The notes under the pieces are model-generated. The model ran no database searches. It was not told where the DNA came from and saw nothing but the letters and a program-made list of their open reading frames with translations. The translations under genes were made by a program, and so were the position numbers. From Acidimicrobiales bacterium (GTDB taxonomy: Bacteria > Actinomycetota > Acidimicrobiia > Acidimicrobiales > Bog-793): a DNA stretch of 64,000 nucleotides. Positions 9,688 through 18,222 of this stretch are shown piece after piece (within the stretch, counting starts at the first letter, position 1; every line of letters starts with the position of its first letter). Location: the NCBI GenBank assembly GCA_050008715.1, contig JBEKMC010000004.1:3011-67010 (forward strand), given 5' to 3'.

Positions 9688-10457
9688 ACGAAGTCCCCGC
9701 CGGCGCCCACGAGTGGGTGAGCTTCGACGACCCTGATGAAGAGCGGACGTGGCTCGTCGATGTCACGTTTCTCGAAAGCGGCTGGCAGTGCATCTATGGC
9801 CGTGGCTGCGAAGGTGTGCTCACCGAGCCTTCACCGGAGCTCGTGCAGGGCTGCTGTTCCTACGGGGCCCACTTCACCGGTGAGGAGGACGCCCGCCGCG
9901 TCGAGGCGGCTGCGGAGACGCTGACCGACGAGCAGTGGCAGTTCCGCAACGTCTCGGCTCGGCGCGGGGGCCCACTGCGGCGGAGCAAGAGCCGCCCGGT
10001 GACCACCCGCCTCGTGGATGGCGCCTGCATCTTCCTCAATCGTCCCGGGTACCCCTCGGGCGCGGGCTGCGCCCTGCACAAGGCGGCTCTCGATCACGAC
10101 CTGGCCCCGCTGACCCTCAAGCCGGACGTCTGCTGGCAGCTGCCGTTGCGCCGCGACGAGAGCGTCGGCCCTGACGGGCACGTCACGACGACGATCGGCG
10201 AGTGGAAACGTCGTCACTGGGGCCGGGGAGGTGCCGATTTCGCCTGGTGGTGCACCGAGTCGGCGGACGCGTTCACGGGGTCGGAGCCGGTGTACCGGAC
10301 GATGCGGGACGAGCTCGTGGAGATGCTCGGCGGCACGGTCTACGACCTCGTCGCCGGCTACCTCGAGACGCGCCGGCGTTCGGCCGCCCCCACGCGGCAC
10401 GGGGCTGCTCGCCCGGTGCGGGTGCCACACCCCGCGGTTCGCGGCGCCAACCACTGA
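9684..10457 (+). CDS. Cys-rich conserved hypothetical protein (putative Fe-S/Zn binding), third gene of the operon
   Basis: 257 aa from the ATG at 9684, which forms an ATGA overlap with the radical SAM stop. Cys motifs are WQCIYGRGCEGV, QGCCSYGAHF, DGACIFLNRPGYPSGAGCALH, KPDVCWQLP and FAWWCTE. The 88-codon upstream extension in the track ORF was rejected. Confidence 0.7.
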   Translation: MNEVPAGAHEWVSFDDPDEERTWLVDVTFLESGWQCIYGRGCEGVLTEPSPELVQGCCSYGAHFTGEEDARRVEAAAETLTDEQWQFRNVSARRGGPLRRSKSRPVTTRLVDGACIFLNRPGYPSGAGCALHKAALDHDLAPLTLKPDVCWQLPLRRDESVGPDGHVTTTIGEWKRRHWGRGGADFAWWCTESADAFTGSEPVYRTMRDELVEMLGGTVYDLVAGYLETRRRSAAPTRHGAARPVRVPHPAVRGANH

Positions 10458-10507
10458 GGGCCCGTTTGCCCCGGCACGGATCCGCTCGTCTGTGGCGGCT
10501 GGGCCGC

Positions 10508-10690
10508 TCAGTAGGCGGGGCGTTCCTCTTCTTCTTCTGCGTCCTCGAGCTCTTCGGATTCGTAGAGACACCACGACGCATGTGGCGCCGGCGGCAGGTG
10601 ACCGCATTCCGGGCACGGTTCGACCCGTACCTCGAACGCGCGCTTCAGGCTGCGCGCCTCCTCGAATCGCCGGTGTCGTCCTTTTTTCAC
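10508..10690 (-). CDS. Small hypothetical protein (60 aa) with a CPxC..H..C motif and an acidic tail
   Basis: A GTG start is preceded by GGGAG 6 nt upstream. Sequence: MKKGRHRRFEEARSLKRAFEVRVEPCPECGHLPPAPHASWCLYESEELEDAEEEEERPAY. No family was recognised. Confidence 0.4.
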   Translation of the reverse strand: MKKGRHRRFEEARSLKRAFEVRVEPCPECGHLPPAPHASWCLYESEELEDAEEEEERPAY

Positions 10691-11039
10691 GTGCTGCTCC
10701 CAGGTAACCAGGACATCGCCCCACCTCTTCGGTCAGTGCGTCCGGTCCCGCGGTGGGCGTGTGCCGCTTCGGCCACTTCCCCGCCTGCCGCGGGCCGCAA
10801 TCATAACGCCAGGAGCAGGACCTTGGTCGGTGATTCGCACGCCTTTCCGTCCTGAGGCCGATTCCGAGCAACCCCGGGGCGGCGTCGCGATGCTCGAGAA
10901 GGCGGCGCCAACTTATCTTCCTCGTCAACTTCGTGCCGAGAGTGACCGGAAACGGCTCGGCCGGACACCTTGCGCACTTGGTTCGCCGGCGGCCACAACG
11001 GCGCGAGCCGCACGAGCGGTTGAAGGTAGCGTGACCGGA

Positions 11040-11294
11040 ATGCCGGAGGAATTGGACGTCAGCGCCATGATCACACGCTTTCGCGAGCGAGCCGAGGCGG
11101 TAAGGAAGCGAGGCATCCCGCCGGTCGAGGGCGACGAGCGGCGACGCATCATGGCGCAGATGCGTCTCGACTTCCAGGACTTCGCCATGCTCGGGGACGC
11201 CACCGGATCGCTCGAGGACGGAATACTGACCTTCCGGGTGGATCTGCGACCGGCGGAGGCGACCGGCGGGGACGACGCCCCGCCTCCGGCCTGA
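11040..11294 (+). CDS. Small hypothetical protein (84 aa)
   Basis: This is the C-terminal part of track ORF 10761..11294 from an internal ATG: MPEELDVSAMITRFRERAEAVRKRGIPPVEGDERRRIMAQMRLDFQDFAMLGD... has non-junk composition. The stop lies 2 nt before the GH13 start. The upstream part of the ORF looks non-coding. Confidence 0.45.
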   Translation: MPEELDVSAMITRFRERAEAVRKRGIPPVEGDERRRIMAQMRLDFQDFAMLGDATGSLEDGILTFRVDLRPAEATGGDDAPPPA

Positions 11295-11296
11295 TC

Positions 11297-13051
11297 GTGG
11301 CCGAAGCGCAACACGCCACCGCCGGACCAGCCCCCGGAACCGCCGAGCCGCCTTGGCCGTGGTGGAAGGAGGCCGTCTTCTACCAGATCTACCCCAGGTC
11401 CTTCTGCCTCGCCGACCCCGAGGGCCGACGCCGGCGACTCGGGCCAGACGGCCAGCGCGGGCCAGACTCCCCACTCGAGGCACCGAGCGGGGAAAGCATC
11501 CCGCCGGACCCCGTCCGCGACGGCGCCGGCGACCTCGAGGGCATCCGCCGGCACCTCGACCATCTCGTCTGGCTCGGCGTCGACGCCATCTGGCTGTCGC
11601 CGTTCTACCGCTCGCCGATGAAGGACTTCGGCTACGACGTCTCGGACTACTGCGAGGTCGACCCGGTGTTCGGGACGAACGAGGACTTCGACCGCCTACT
11701 CGCCGACGCGCACGAGCGGGGCCTCCGCGTCATCGTCGATTTCGTGCCGAACCATACGAGTGACCAACATCCCTGGTTCGTCGACGCACGGTCGTCCCGC
11801 CAGTCTGACCGGCGTGACTTCTACGTCTGGCGCGATCCCGATCCCGACGATCCGTCGAGGCCGCCGAACAACTGGCTACGGGCGTTCGGAGAGGGGCCGG
11901 CGTGGACGTTCGACGAAACCACGGGCCAGTGGTACCTGCACCTGTTCCTCCCCGAGCAGCCCGACCTCGACTGGTCGAACCCCGCGGTCATCGACGCGAT
12001 GGAGGGCGTGCTCGGCTACTGGCTCGACCGAGGAGTCGACGGGTTTCGTATCGACGTCGTCCACGCGCTCGGAAAGGATCCAGCGCTGCCGGACGCGGCA
12101 GAGGAGGTCGCAGGGATCCCGTGGGCGGCACTCAACGACGACGAGCGCACCCACCCCATCCTGCGGCGTTTGCGGCGCTTTGTCGACGCCTGGCCGCAAG
12201 ACGCCGTCACCGTCGGGGAGGTCTTCCTCATCAAGACGGCGCTCGTGGCCATGTACTACGGGCAGGGCGACGAGCTGCATCTCGCCTTCAATTTCCCGCC
12301 GATGTTCTGCCCCTTCGAGGCCGAGTGCTTCCGGCGCCGCGTCGCCGAGATCGAGCGGCTCCTCGGGCCGCTCGGGGCCTGGCCGACCTGGGTCCTCTCG
12401 AGCCACGACCGTCCCCGCCATCGCACCCGCTACGGCGGGTCGGAGCGACGGGCACGCGCCGCCGCCGTCATGCTGCTCGGGATGCGGGGGACGCCGGTTC
12501 TTTATGCGGGCGAGGAGCTCGGTCTCGAGGACGCCGTCGTGCCGCCGGAACGCGTCGTCGACCCGGGCGGACGCGACGGGTGCCGGGCACCCTTTCCCTG
12601 GGACGCCTCCGCCGCCCACGGCTGGGCACTGGGCGGCTCGGAGCCATGGTTGCCCTTCCCACCGGATCCCGAGCATCGCAACGCCGCCGACCTCGCCGCC
12701 GACGACACCTCCATCCTCCATCTCTACCGGCATCTGCTGGGGCTTCGTCGGCGCACGCCGGCCCTTCGCCGCGGCGGCCTCGAGCTCCTCGACACCGCGG
12801 GAAGCCTGCTCGTCGTCCGGCGACAATGGGAGAGCGAGGTTCGCTGGGTGCTCGTGAACTTCTCGCCGGAGGCGGTCAGCTGGCGCCCGCCCGCAGCCGA
12901 AGGCCCCACGTCCGGACGTCGGGGCGCACACGAGGCGACTCGGTTCACGGTTGAGCTCAGCAGCGGCGGCGAAGGCGCCCTATCGAAGGACGGCTCGTCG
13001 TTCGAGGGACGAGTCGGCCCGGAGGAAGCCGTGGTCCTCCGCCTCGCCTGA
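11297..13051 (+). CDS. GH13 alpha-glucosidase / oligo-1,6-glucosidase family enzyme
   Basis: 584 aa. WWKEAVFYQIYPRSF, GVDAIWLSPFYRSPMKDFGYDVSDY, RVIVDFVPNHTSDQHPWF, GFRIDVVHAL and EVF are typical GH13 subfamily motifs. It carries an atypical ~30-aa insertion after YPRSF. Confidence 0.9.
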   Translation: MAEAQHATAGPAPGTAEPPWPWWKEAVFYQIYPRSFCLADPEGRRRRLGPDGQRGPDSPLEAPSGESIPPDPVRDGAGDLEGIRRHLDHLVWLGVDAIWLSPFYRSPMKDFGYDVSDYCEVDPVFGTNEDFDRLLADAHERGLRVIVDFVPNHTSDQHPWFVDARSSRQSDRRDFYVWRDPDPDDPSRPPNNWLRAFGEGPAWTFDETTGQWYLHLFLPEQPDLDWSNPAVIDAMEGVLGYWLDRGVDGFRIDVVHALGKDPALPDAAEEVAGIPWAALNDDERTHPILRRLRRFVDAWPQDAVTVGEVFLIKTALVAMYYGQGDELHLAFNFPPMFCPFEAECFRRRVAEIERLLGPLGAWPTWVLSSHDRPRHRTRYGGSERRARAAAVMLLGMRGTPVLYAGEELGLEDAVVPPERVVDPGGRDGCRAPFPWDASAAHGWALGGSEPWLPFPPDPEHRNAADLAADDTSILHLYRHLLGLRRRTPALRRGGLELLDTAGSLLVVRRQWESEVRWVLVNFSPEAVSWRPPAAEGPTSGRRGAHEATRFTVELSSGGEGALSKDGSSFEGRVGPEEAVVLRLA

Positions 13052-13476
13052 GGCGACAGGCAGGATCTTCAGCTTCCTTCCGGGCCGCGTGCCCGTGTGA
13101 TGCCTCGCGGAGACGCTCAGGGTCAGCGCGAGGCGCCTCGACCGGTCGGGCGGCTCCGGCGGCAACGAGACCGCCAGAGCCCGAGCCGAACCCAACCCCC
13201 GATTCAGTCGACCTCTTCCAGTCACCCGCCGGACGCCGCCGCGAGGACTTCGCCGTAGCCCTCCACCGCGCTCTGCGGTAGCCCGGATGGACGGCCCGGG
13301 CAGAGGACGGCCTTGCGTTGCCTTCGCGAGCGTTGCATCCCGCCAACCCAGACTGACCCCAAGGGTCAGACCGGTTCCCCACTCCAACGTGTAGAGCCGT
13401 ATTAGGCTCCTTCCAAGCTGCGCGGCGGTCGCCTAGCGCAACTCGTCCCAAGGGACCAACACAGGGGGAGTGCCCG

Positions 13477-15063
13477 ATGAGCGATAGCGCTGGAACGCGA
13501 TCGTGGGACGAGGAGCGGCTTGCGAGCCTCGGCTACAAGCAGGAGCTCAACCGCGGCTGGAGCGGGTTCTCTAACTTCGCGATTTCGCTCACGATCATCT
13601 GCGTCCTCAGCGGGTGCTTCACGACCTTTGGACAGGCGTGGAACGACGGCGGCCCGATCGCGATCTCGATCGGCTGGCCAGTGATCAGCCTCCTGGTCCT
13701 CCTCGTCGGGCTTTCGATGGCCGAGCTCGCTTCGAAATACCCGACCGCGGGCGGCATCTACTACTGGGCGTACAGCCTTGGCGGCGTGCGCTGGGCGTGG
13801 TTCACGGGTTGGTTCAATCTGCTGGGACTTATCGCTATCACCGCCGCCGTCGATTATGGGGCCGCGTCGTTCCTGAATTCGGTGCTCGCCTTGTACGGGC
13901 TCCACTTCATCATCAATTTCACGACGACCAGCCCCTCTACGATCCTGCACAATACGTTCATCCTGTTCTTCCTCATCCTGGCCCTCCACAGCCTCGTCAA
14001 CGTCTTCTCCTCGCACCTGGTGGCGCTGCTCAACCGGATTTCGGCTTGGTGGATGCTCGCTGGGGTGGTGGTGATCGTGGGCGTGCTGGCCTTCGGACCC
14101 TCCACGCACCAGAGCTTCTCCTGGGTGTTCTCACATCGGAACAACAACAGTGGATTCTCGGGTCACTTCTACTGGTTCATGATCCTGCCGCTCGGCTTCC
14201 TGCTCACCATGTACACGTTCACCGGCTACGACGCTTCAGCGCACTTGTCAGAGGAGACTCACAATGCCGAGCGCGCCGCCCCGCGCGGGCTGTGGACGTC
14301 GATCGCCTACTCGGCGGTCGGTGGCTGGGCGGTGTTGCTCGCGATCACGTTCGCGGCCACCCACATCGCCGCGATCAACGCGGGCGGCGGCGGTGCGGTT
14401 CCGATTGTCGAGACGGCGCTCAGTTCCGGCCTCGCGAAGCTCGTCCTCGACATCTCCACCATCGGACAGTTGTTCTGCGGGATGGGCTGCGTTGCCGCCG
14501 CCTCGCGAATGGTGTTCGCCTTCTCGCGCGACCGCGCCGTGCCAGGCCACTCTCTGTGGCGACGTCTGAACAAGCACAGGACGCCGACTTGGGCGGTGCT
14601 GTTCGTGGTCGTCTTCGCCCTCGTGATCACGATCCCGGCGCTATTCGGTAACAAGGCCGGACTCCCGGTGGCATTCTTCGCGGTCACATCAATCACGACG
14701 ATCGGGCTGTACATTGCCTATATCCTGCCGGTCTTCCTCCGCTTGCGGTTGGGGAAGACGTTCGAGCCGGGCGTGTGGAACCTGGGCAAGCACTACCGGT
14801 GGATCAACACCATCGCCATCGTCTGGGTCGTAATTTGCGTCATCATCTTCATCCTGCCCACGTCACCCGCCGCGGTTCCGTGGAACAGTGGCTTTAGTTG
14901 GAGTGCCTTCAACTACGCGCCACTTGTCACCATCGCTCTGGCGCTCGGGGTCTGGATCGCCTGGGAGGCTGGCGCCAAGCGGACGTTCACGGGCCCGGTG
15001 AGGACGCTCGACGATCCCGACGTCGGCACACCCGATGATCCTGCGCTGATGCCAACGAATTGA
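13477..15063 (+). CDS. APC-superfamily amino acid/polyamine permease
   Basis: 528 aa and multi-TM. The N-terminus is SLGYKQELNRGWSGFSNFAISLTIICVLSG...LSMAELASKYPTAGGIYYW. The ATG is preceded by GGGGGAG. A/T-ending codons are visibly more frequent than in neighbouring genes. Confidence 0.9.
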   Translation: MSDSAGTRSWDEERLASLGYKQELNRGWSGFSNFAISLTIICVLSGCFTTFGQAWNDGGPIAISIGWPVISLLVLLVGLSMAELASKYPTAGGIYYWAYSLGGVRWAWFTGWFNLLGLIAITAAVDYGAASFLNSVLALYGLHFIINFTTTSPSTILHNTFILFFLILALHSLVNVFSSHLVALLNRISAWWMLAGVVVIVGVLAFGPSTHQSFSWVFSHRNNNSGFSGHFYWFMILPLGFLLTMYTFTGYDASAHLSEETHNAERAAPRGLWTSIAYSAVGGWAVLLAITFAATHIAAINAGGGGAVPIVETALSSGLAKLVLDISTIGQLFCGMGCVAAASRMVFAFSRDRAVPGHSLWRRLNKHRTPTWAVLFVVVFALVITIPALFGNKAGLPVAFFAVTSITTIGLYIAYILPVFLRLRLGKTFEPGVWNLGKHYRWINTIAIVWVVICVIIFILPTSPAAVPWNSGFSWSAFNYAPLVTIALALGVWIAWEAGAKRTFTGPVRTLDDPDVGTPDDPALMPTN

Positions 15064-15556
15064 GCCCAAAAGCGATTTGGTAAAAATTGAGGCGTCTCGA
15101 AGGCAAGGGGTGCTGTGTCACCGGCACCGCGTGAGGGACCGGTGCAGCGATCGCCGGAGCCAATTTTGACTGCGCCGACAGCTCTGTCGACTGGCCAGCG
15201 AGATTGACCAGGACTGAGAGATACATGTTGCGGACCGAACTCGGTCACTGCCTGTATCTGGTTTTCGGGAGAATCGATGAGGCGCCGCTTCGCTAGACCC
15301 CAAGCCCCCTCCCGCCCCTGCCCCTCCGTGTCTCGCTCCGCTCGCTGGCTGGCTGGCCGTGGCTCTCGTGCCTGCTGCCGTCGTGGTGGTCGTGCTCGCC
15401 GGCCCGTCCGGCCGGGTGCGTGGCCGCCGTCCGGTCCGGCTCTGGTCGTGGAGGTTTCTTGCCTCGTGGTGTGCCTGCCGGCCCTGTTTCCGTTCCCTGC
15501 GCGGTGGGTTTGGGCCCTCTTTGAATGCCCTCCCTTGCTTTCTCCCGACCTTGGAG

Positions 15557-15718
15557 AGGGCGGCCATCCAGATTGCAACCGAAGTAGTAAAGGGTCAGGC
15601 AACCGGACAGGACGGAGATGATCGTGAACGACACCGCGAAGTTGGAGAAACCGCTCATCCGCCGCCGCAGCTCCTGCGCGTAGCCGAGGGCGTGAAGCTC
15701 GCTACGTCCGAGTCGATC
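15557..15718 (-). pseudogene. 5' remnant of a second APC permease gene (about 54 codons)
   Basis: The minus-strand translation DRLGRSELHALGYAQELRRRMSGFSNFAVSFTIISVLSGCLTLYYFGCNLDGRP aligns by eye with residues ~10-65 of the intact permease (EERLASLGYKQELNRGWSGFSNFAISLTIICVLSGCFTTFGQAWNDGGP). Beyond that the frame becomes Arg/Pro/Gly-rich with no TM segments. Confidence 0.6.
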
Positions 15719-15847
15719 CCGCCGTCGCCGGCAGTACCCACGGGAACCGTCTCCGTCGTTGCCCCCCCAATCCCGGCGTCCCCAATCCCGGCGTGCCCCC
15801 GCCGTTCCTAATGTCCAGACATTACGGGCGGTCGGAAGCGCCCGGTG

Positions 15848-17143
15848 TCAACCCTCGCTGGCACCGACCGTGCCGGCACCGTCTGCGATCCCTTCACTGA
15901 TGCGGGTCCCGGACCTCTCCTCGAGGACGAGCTCGCCCTGCCCGTCGAAGGCGAGTGCTGCGTTGCCGCTGGCGAGGCGCTCGAGCGACGCCCCGATGAG
16001 CTCGTGGCGCCAACCTGAGGTCAGGCGACCGGTGGGGACGTCCTGAAAGAAACCCAACAGATCCGCCCTCGTCGCCAACACCGCCGGGTCCAGCTCGAGA
16101 TCGACGGCACGTTGCCCCACATAGGCGCTCGCCAACGCGATCATCGGCTTGTTGAGACGCTCCAGGCCTTGCCCCGGCGAGAACCGCACCGCCGAGGCAG
16201 CAAGGTTGCGGCCTTTCTCGACAGCGGCCAGCACCTCATCCGGGACCGAACCGGTGAGATGACGGCTGTCGACGCCGCGCGTCCGGCGCAGCTCGTCGCG
16301 ATCGCGCGGAGGTCGCTGCGCCAGGCAGGTGACGGCCAGATCGGACAGCACGAACCGCACCGGTACATCCAAGCGCTGAGCGCGGCGTTCCCGCCAGGCG
16401 GCCACCTCCTGTGCCACGCCTCGGGCAGGCCCGCGCAGCTGCCGCGAGTGCGGCAGGCGCCACCACGCCTCCTCCGGCACCGTCGGCGACCGGTCCTTGG
16501 CGAGGGCGACGGCGCACTCCTCCTCCGCCCAGCGGCCGCGGCCGAGGGCGTCGAGACGCTCCGTGAGCCCGCGCCGCATCTCGAGAAGGTGGGCGACGTC
16601 GCCGGCCGCGTAGGAGAGCTGGCTTGGCGACAGCGGTCGCTGGATCCAGTCCGCCAGCTGGTCGCCCTTGTGCAGCCGGATACCGAGGAGCGCCTCGGCC
16701 AGGCTCACGAGAGACGGCGAGACGTACCCGAGGAAACCCGCCGACACCTGCGTGTCGAACATCCGCCGCGGGAGCGTCCCGCATGCCCGCTCCAGTACTT
16801 CCAGATCCTGGTCGGCGGCATGCAAGACCGCCACGATGTCGGACTCGAAGACCGACGCCAACGGCGCCACGTCGACGGCGAGCGGGTCGACGAGGGCGAT
16901 CCCGCCCGGCCAGGCGATCTGCACGAGGGCGAGATGAGGGAAGTACGTGCGCTCGCGGTGGAACTCGGTGTCGAGGGCGTACTCCTCCACGCTCGACAGC
17001 TCGGCGAGCAGCTCGTCACGGCTGTCCTCGTCGTCGACCATCCGCCAGGCGCCGGGCTGCACGCTCGTCGTCCCCGGCTCGGGGGATATCTCTGCCGTGC
17101 CCCTGGTGCGACGGAAGGGCTCCCGGCTCGGGGTCCGTGTCAT
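15848..17143 (-). CDS. rnd: Ribonuclease D
   Basis: The DEDDy 3'-5' exonuclease domain is present (YALDTEFHRERTYFPHLALVQIAWPGG...HAADQDLEVL...YAAGDVAHL), followed by an HRDC-like region. The exact start is uncertain. Confidence 0.85.
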   Translation of the reverse strand: MTRTPSREPFRRTRGTAEISPEPGTTSVQPGAWRMVDDEDSRDELLAELSSVEEYALDTEFHRERTYFPHLALVQIAWPGGIALVDPLAVDVAPLASVFESDIVAVLHAADQDLEVLERACGTLPRRMFDTQVSAGFLGYVSPSLVSLAEALLGIRLHKGDQLADWIQRPLSPSQLSYAAGDVAHLLEMRRGLTERLDALGRGRWAEEECAVALAKDRSPTVPEEAWWRLPHSRQLRGPARGVAQEVAAWRERRAQRLDVPVRFVLSDLAVTCLAQRPPRDRDELRRTRGVDSRHLTGSVPDEVLAAVEKGRNLAASAVRFSPGQGLERLNKPMIALASAYVGQRAVDLELDPAVLATRADLLGFFQDVPTGRLTSGWRHELIGASLERLASGNAALAFDGQGELVLEERSGTRISEGIADGAGTVGASEG

Positions 17144-17150
17144 GCCGCCG

Positions 17151-17699
17151 TCAGCCCCCGTAGCTCATTCGTGTGTCTTCCATCCGCAGCACGGGCATGT
17201 CCTCGGCGCCGTCGGCGAAGCCGGCGTCGACGACCTCACCGACGAACAGGGTGTGGCTCCCCACGTCGAGGTGCTGGCGGACTTCGCAGTCGAGCCACGC
17301 AAGGGCGATCTCGGGGATCGGCGCGCCGCTGCGCCCGTGTCGGTACGGCATCCCGTTGAGGGTCGCCGCCCCGGGATCCTCGACCGCCGGCTTGACGAAC
17401 TTCCGGACCTCGGCGCGCTGCTCCCGGGACAGCAGGCTGAGCGTGAAGCACGCCCCCTCGGAAATGAGGCGGTGCGTGACGGCGGCGGCTTCCACCGAGA
17501 CGGCAAGGTGTTTCGGCTGCACGGAGATCTGCATCGCCCAGTTGATCGTCATGAGGTTGCGCCGGTCGCCGGATCGGCTGCCGAGCACGTAGAGGCCCAT
17601 CGGGAGCTTCCAGAGAAGGCGCCGGCGCATACGGTCGTAGGCATCATGCTCAACGCCCGGCGGGAACGGTCCAACGGGGACACCGGGCGTGGCCATCAC
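17151..17699 (-). CDS. Flavin reductase-like (FMN-binding split-barrel) protein
   Basis: 182 aa. LMTINWAMQISVQPKHLAVSV...GSHTLFVGEVV is typical of the flavin reductase domain family. Confidence 0.8.
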   Translation of the reverse strand: MMATPGVPVGPFPPGVEHDAYDRMRRRLLWKLPMGLYVLGSRSGDRRNLMTINWAMQISVQPKHLAVSVEAAAVTHRLISEGACFTLSLLSREQRAEVRKFVKPAVEDPGAATLNGMPYRHGRSGAPIPEIALAWLDCEVRQHLDVGSHTLFVGEVVDAGFADGAEDMPVLRMEDTRMSYGG

Positions 17700-17742
17700 G
17701 GCTCAACGTAGCCCGGCGGGCGCGCGACCCGGTGATGGCTCG

Positions 17743-18222
17743 TCACAGGTGTTCCTTCCACGTGACCCCGAGGGCGGCCAGTCGCTGCTGGGCTTTCTTG
17801 AGATCTGCAATCGCCGTGTTGAACAACGCAAGGTCGGCCGCCATGCTCCCGGAGTGGACGGATCTGACGCCGCTGCAACTCGTCGACGCATTGACGACGG
17901 TGGTGTCTGCGTCGTTGAGATCGTTCGTGAGCGTCTGATCCGGCGTCGGCAGCGTGACGTAGGCCGTGCCGACATCCGAAGCCAGTCCGCCGCAGATCGT
18001 GCGCACGACTTTGGCCGAGCCGGCCGCCACGGCCTTGTGGACGAGGGTGATGTCGGCCACGATCTGATCGTGGTTGGCGACGAAGCTGTTCTGGCTCGCC
18101 CACTGCTGAACCTTTTGCGCCGTCGTGCCGGAGTACGGGGAGCACCCGCCGAGGATGACGGCCGCCAGCATGATTGCGCCGGCGGCGCCCCGCGACCGGT
18201 GGCGACTGAGCCGAAAGGTCAC
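17743..18222 (-). CDS. Putative lipoprotein, function unknown
   Basis: A signal peptide with a lipobox (AIMLAAVILGGCSP) is present. The GTG start overlaps the tyrS stop as GTGA. Confidence 0.65.
   Translation of the reverse strand: MTFRLSRHRSRGAAGAIMLAAVILGGCSPYSGTTAQKVQQWASQNSFVANHDQIVADITLVHKAVAAGSAKVVRTICGGLASDVGTAYVTLPTPDQTLTNDLNDADTTVVNASTSCSGVRSVHSGSMAADLALFNTAIADLKKAQQRLAALGVTWKEHL

Noticed and set aside
10691-11039. A ~350-nt apparently non-coding stretch with GTGACCGGAA repeated at ~10942 and ~11031, considered as a possible ncRNA or riboswitch.
   Set aside because: I could see no recognisable conserved RNA motif or convincing extended secondary structure. It may simply be promoter/leader for the small ORF and the GH13 gene. 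A covariance-model scan is needed before any call.
9831-11483. A 550-aa minus-strand ORF, plus similar long ORFs such as 25351..26862, 22171..23271, 28821..29429 and 36299..37093.
   Set aside because: The composition is extremely Arg/Pro/Gly-rich. These ORFs lie antisense or out of frame to genes with clear family motifs and show no recognisable domains. This is the typical open-frame artefact of high-GC DNA.
13350-13460. Two small inverted repeats upstream of the permease: TGACCC-caa-GGGTCA at ~13353 and GTCCC-aa-GGGAC at ~13446.
   Set aside because: The stems are short (5-7 bp) with 2-3-nt loops. Such features are expected by chance in GC-rich DNA, and no riboswitch consensus (glycine, lysine and others) was recognisable in the 425-nt leader.
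15105-15285. TPP-riboswitch-like fragments on the plus strand: GGGGTGC at 15107, CTGAGAGATAC at ~15213 and CCTGTATCTGG at ~15252.
   Set aside because: The spacing between GGGGUGC and CUGAGA is about 100 nt. The P2 partner (ACCC after CUGAGA) and the P5 hairpin (CUGG...CCAG) cannot form. No plus-strand gene follows. At best it is a decayed relic, and more likely chance similarity. An Rfam covariance scan would settle it.
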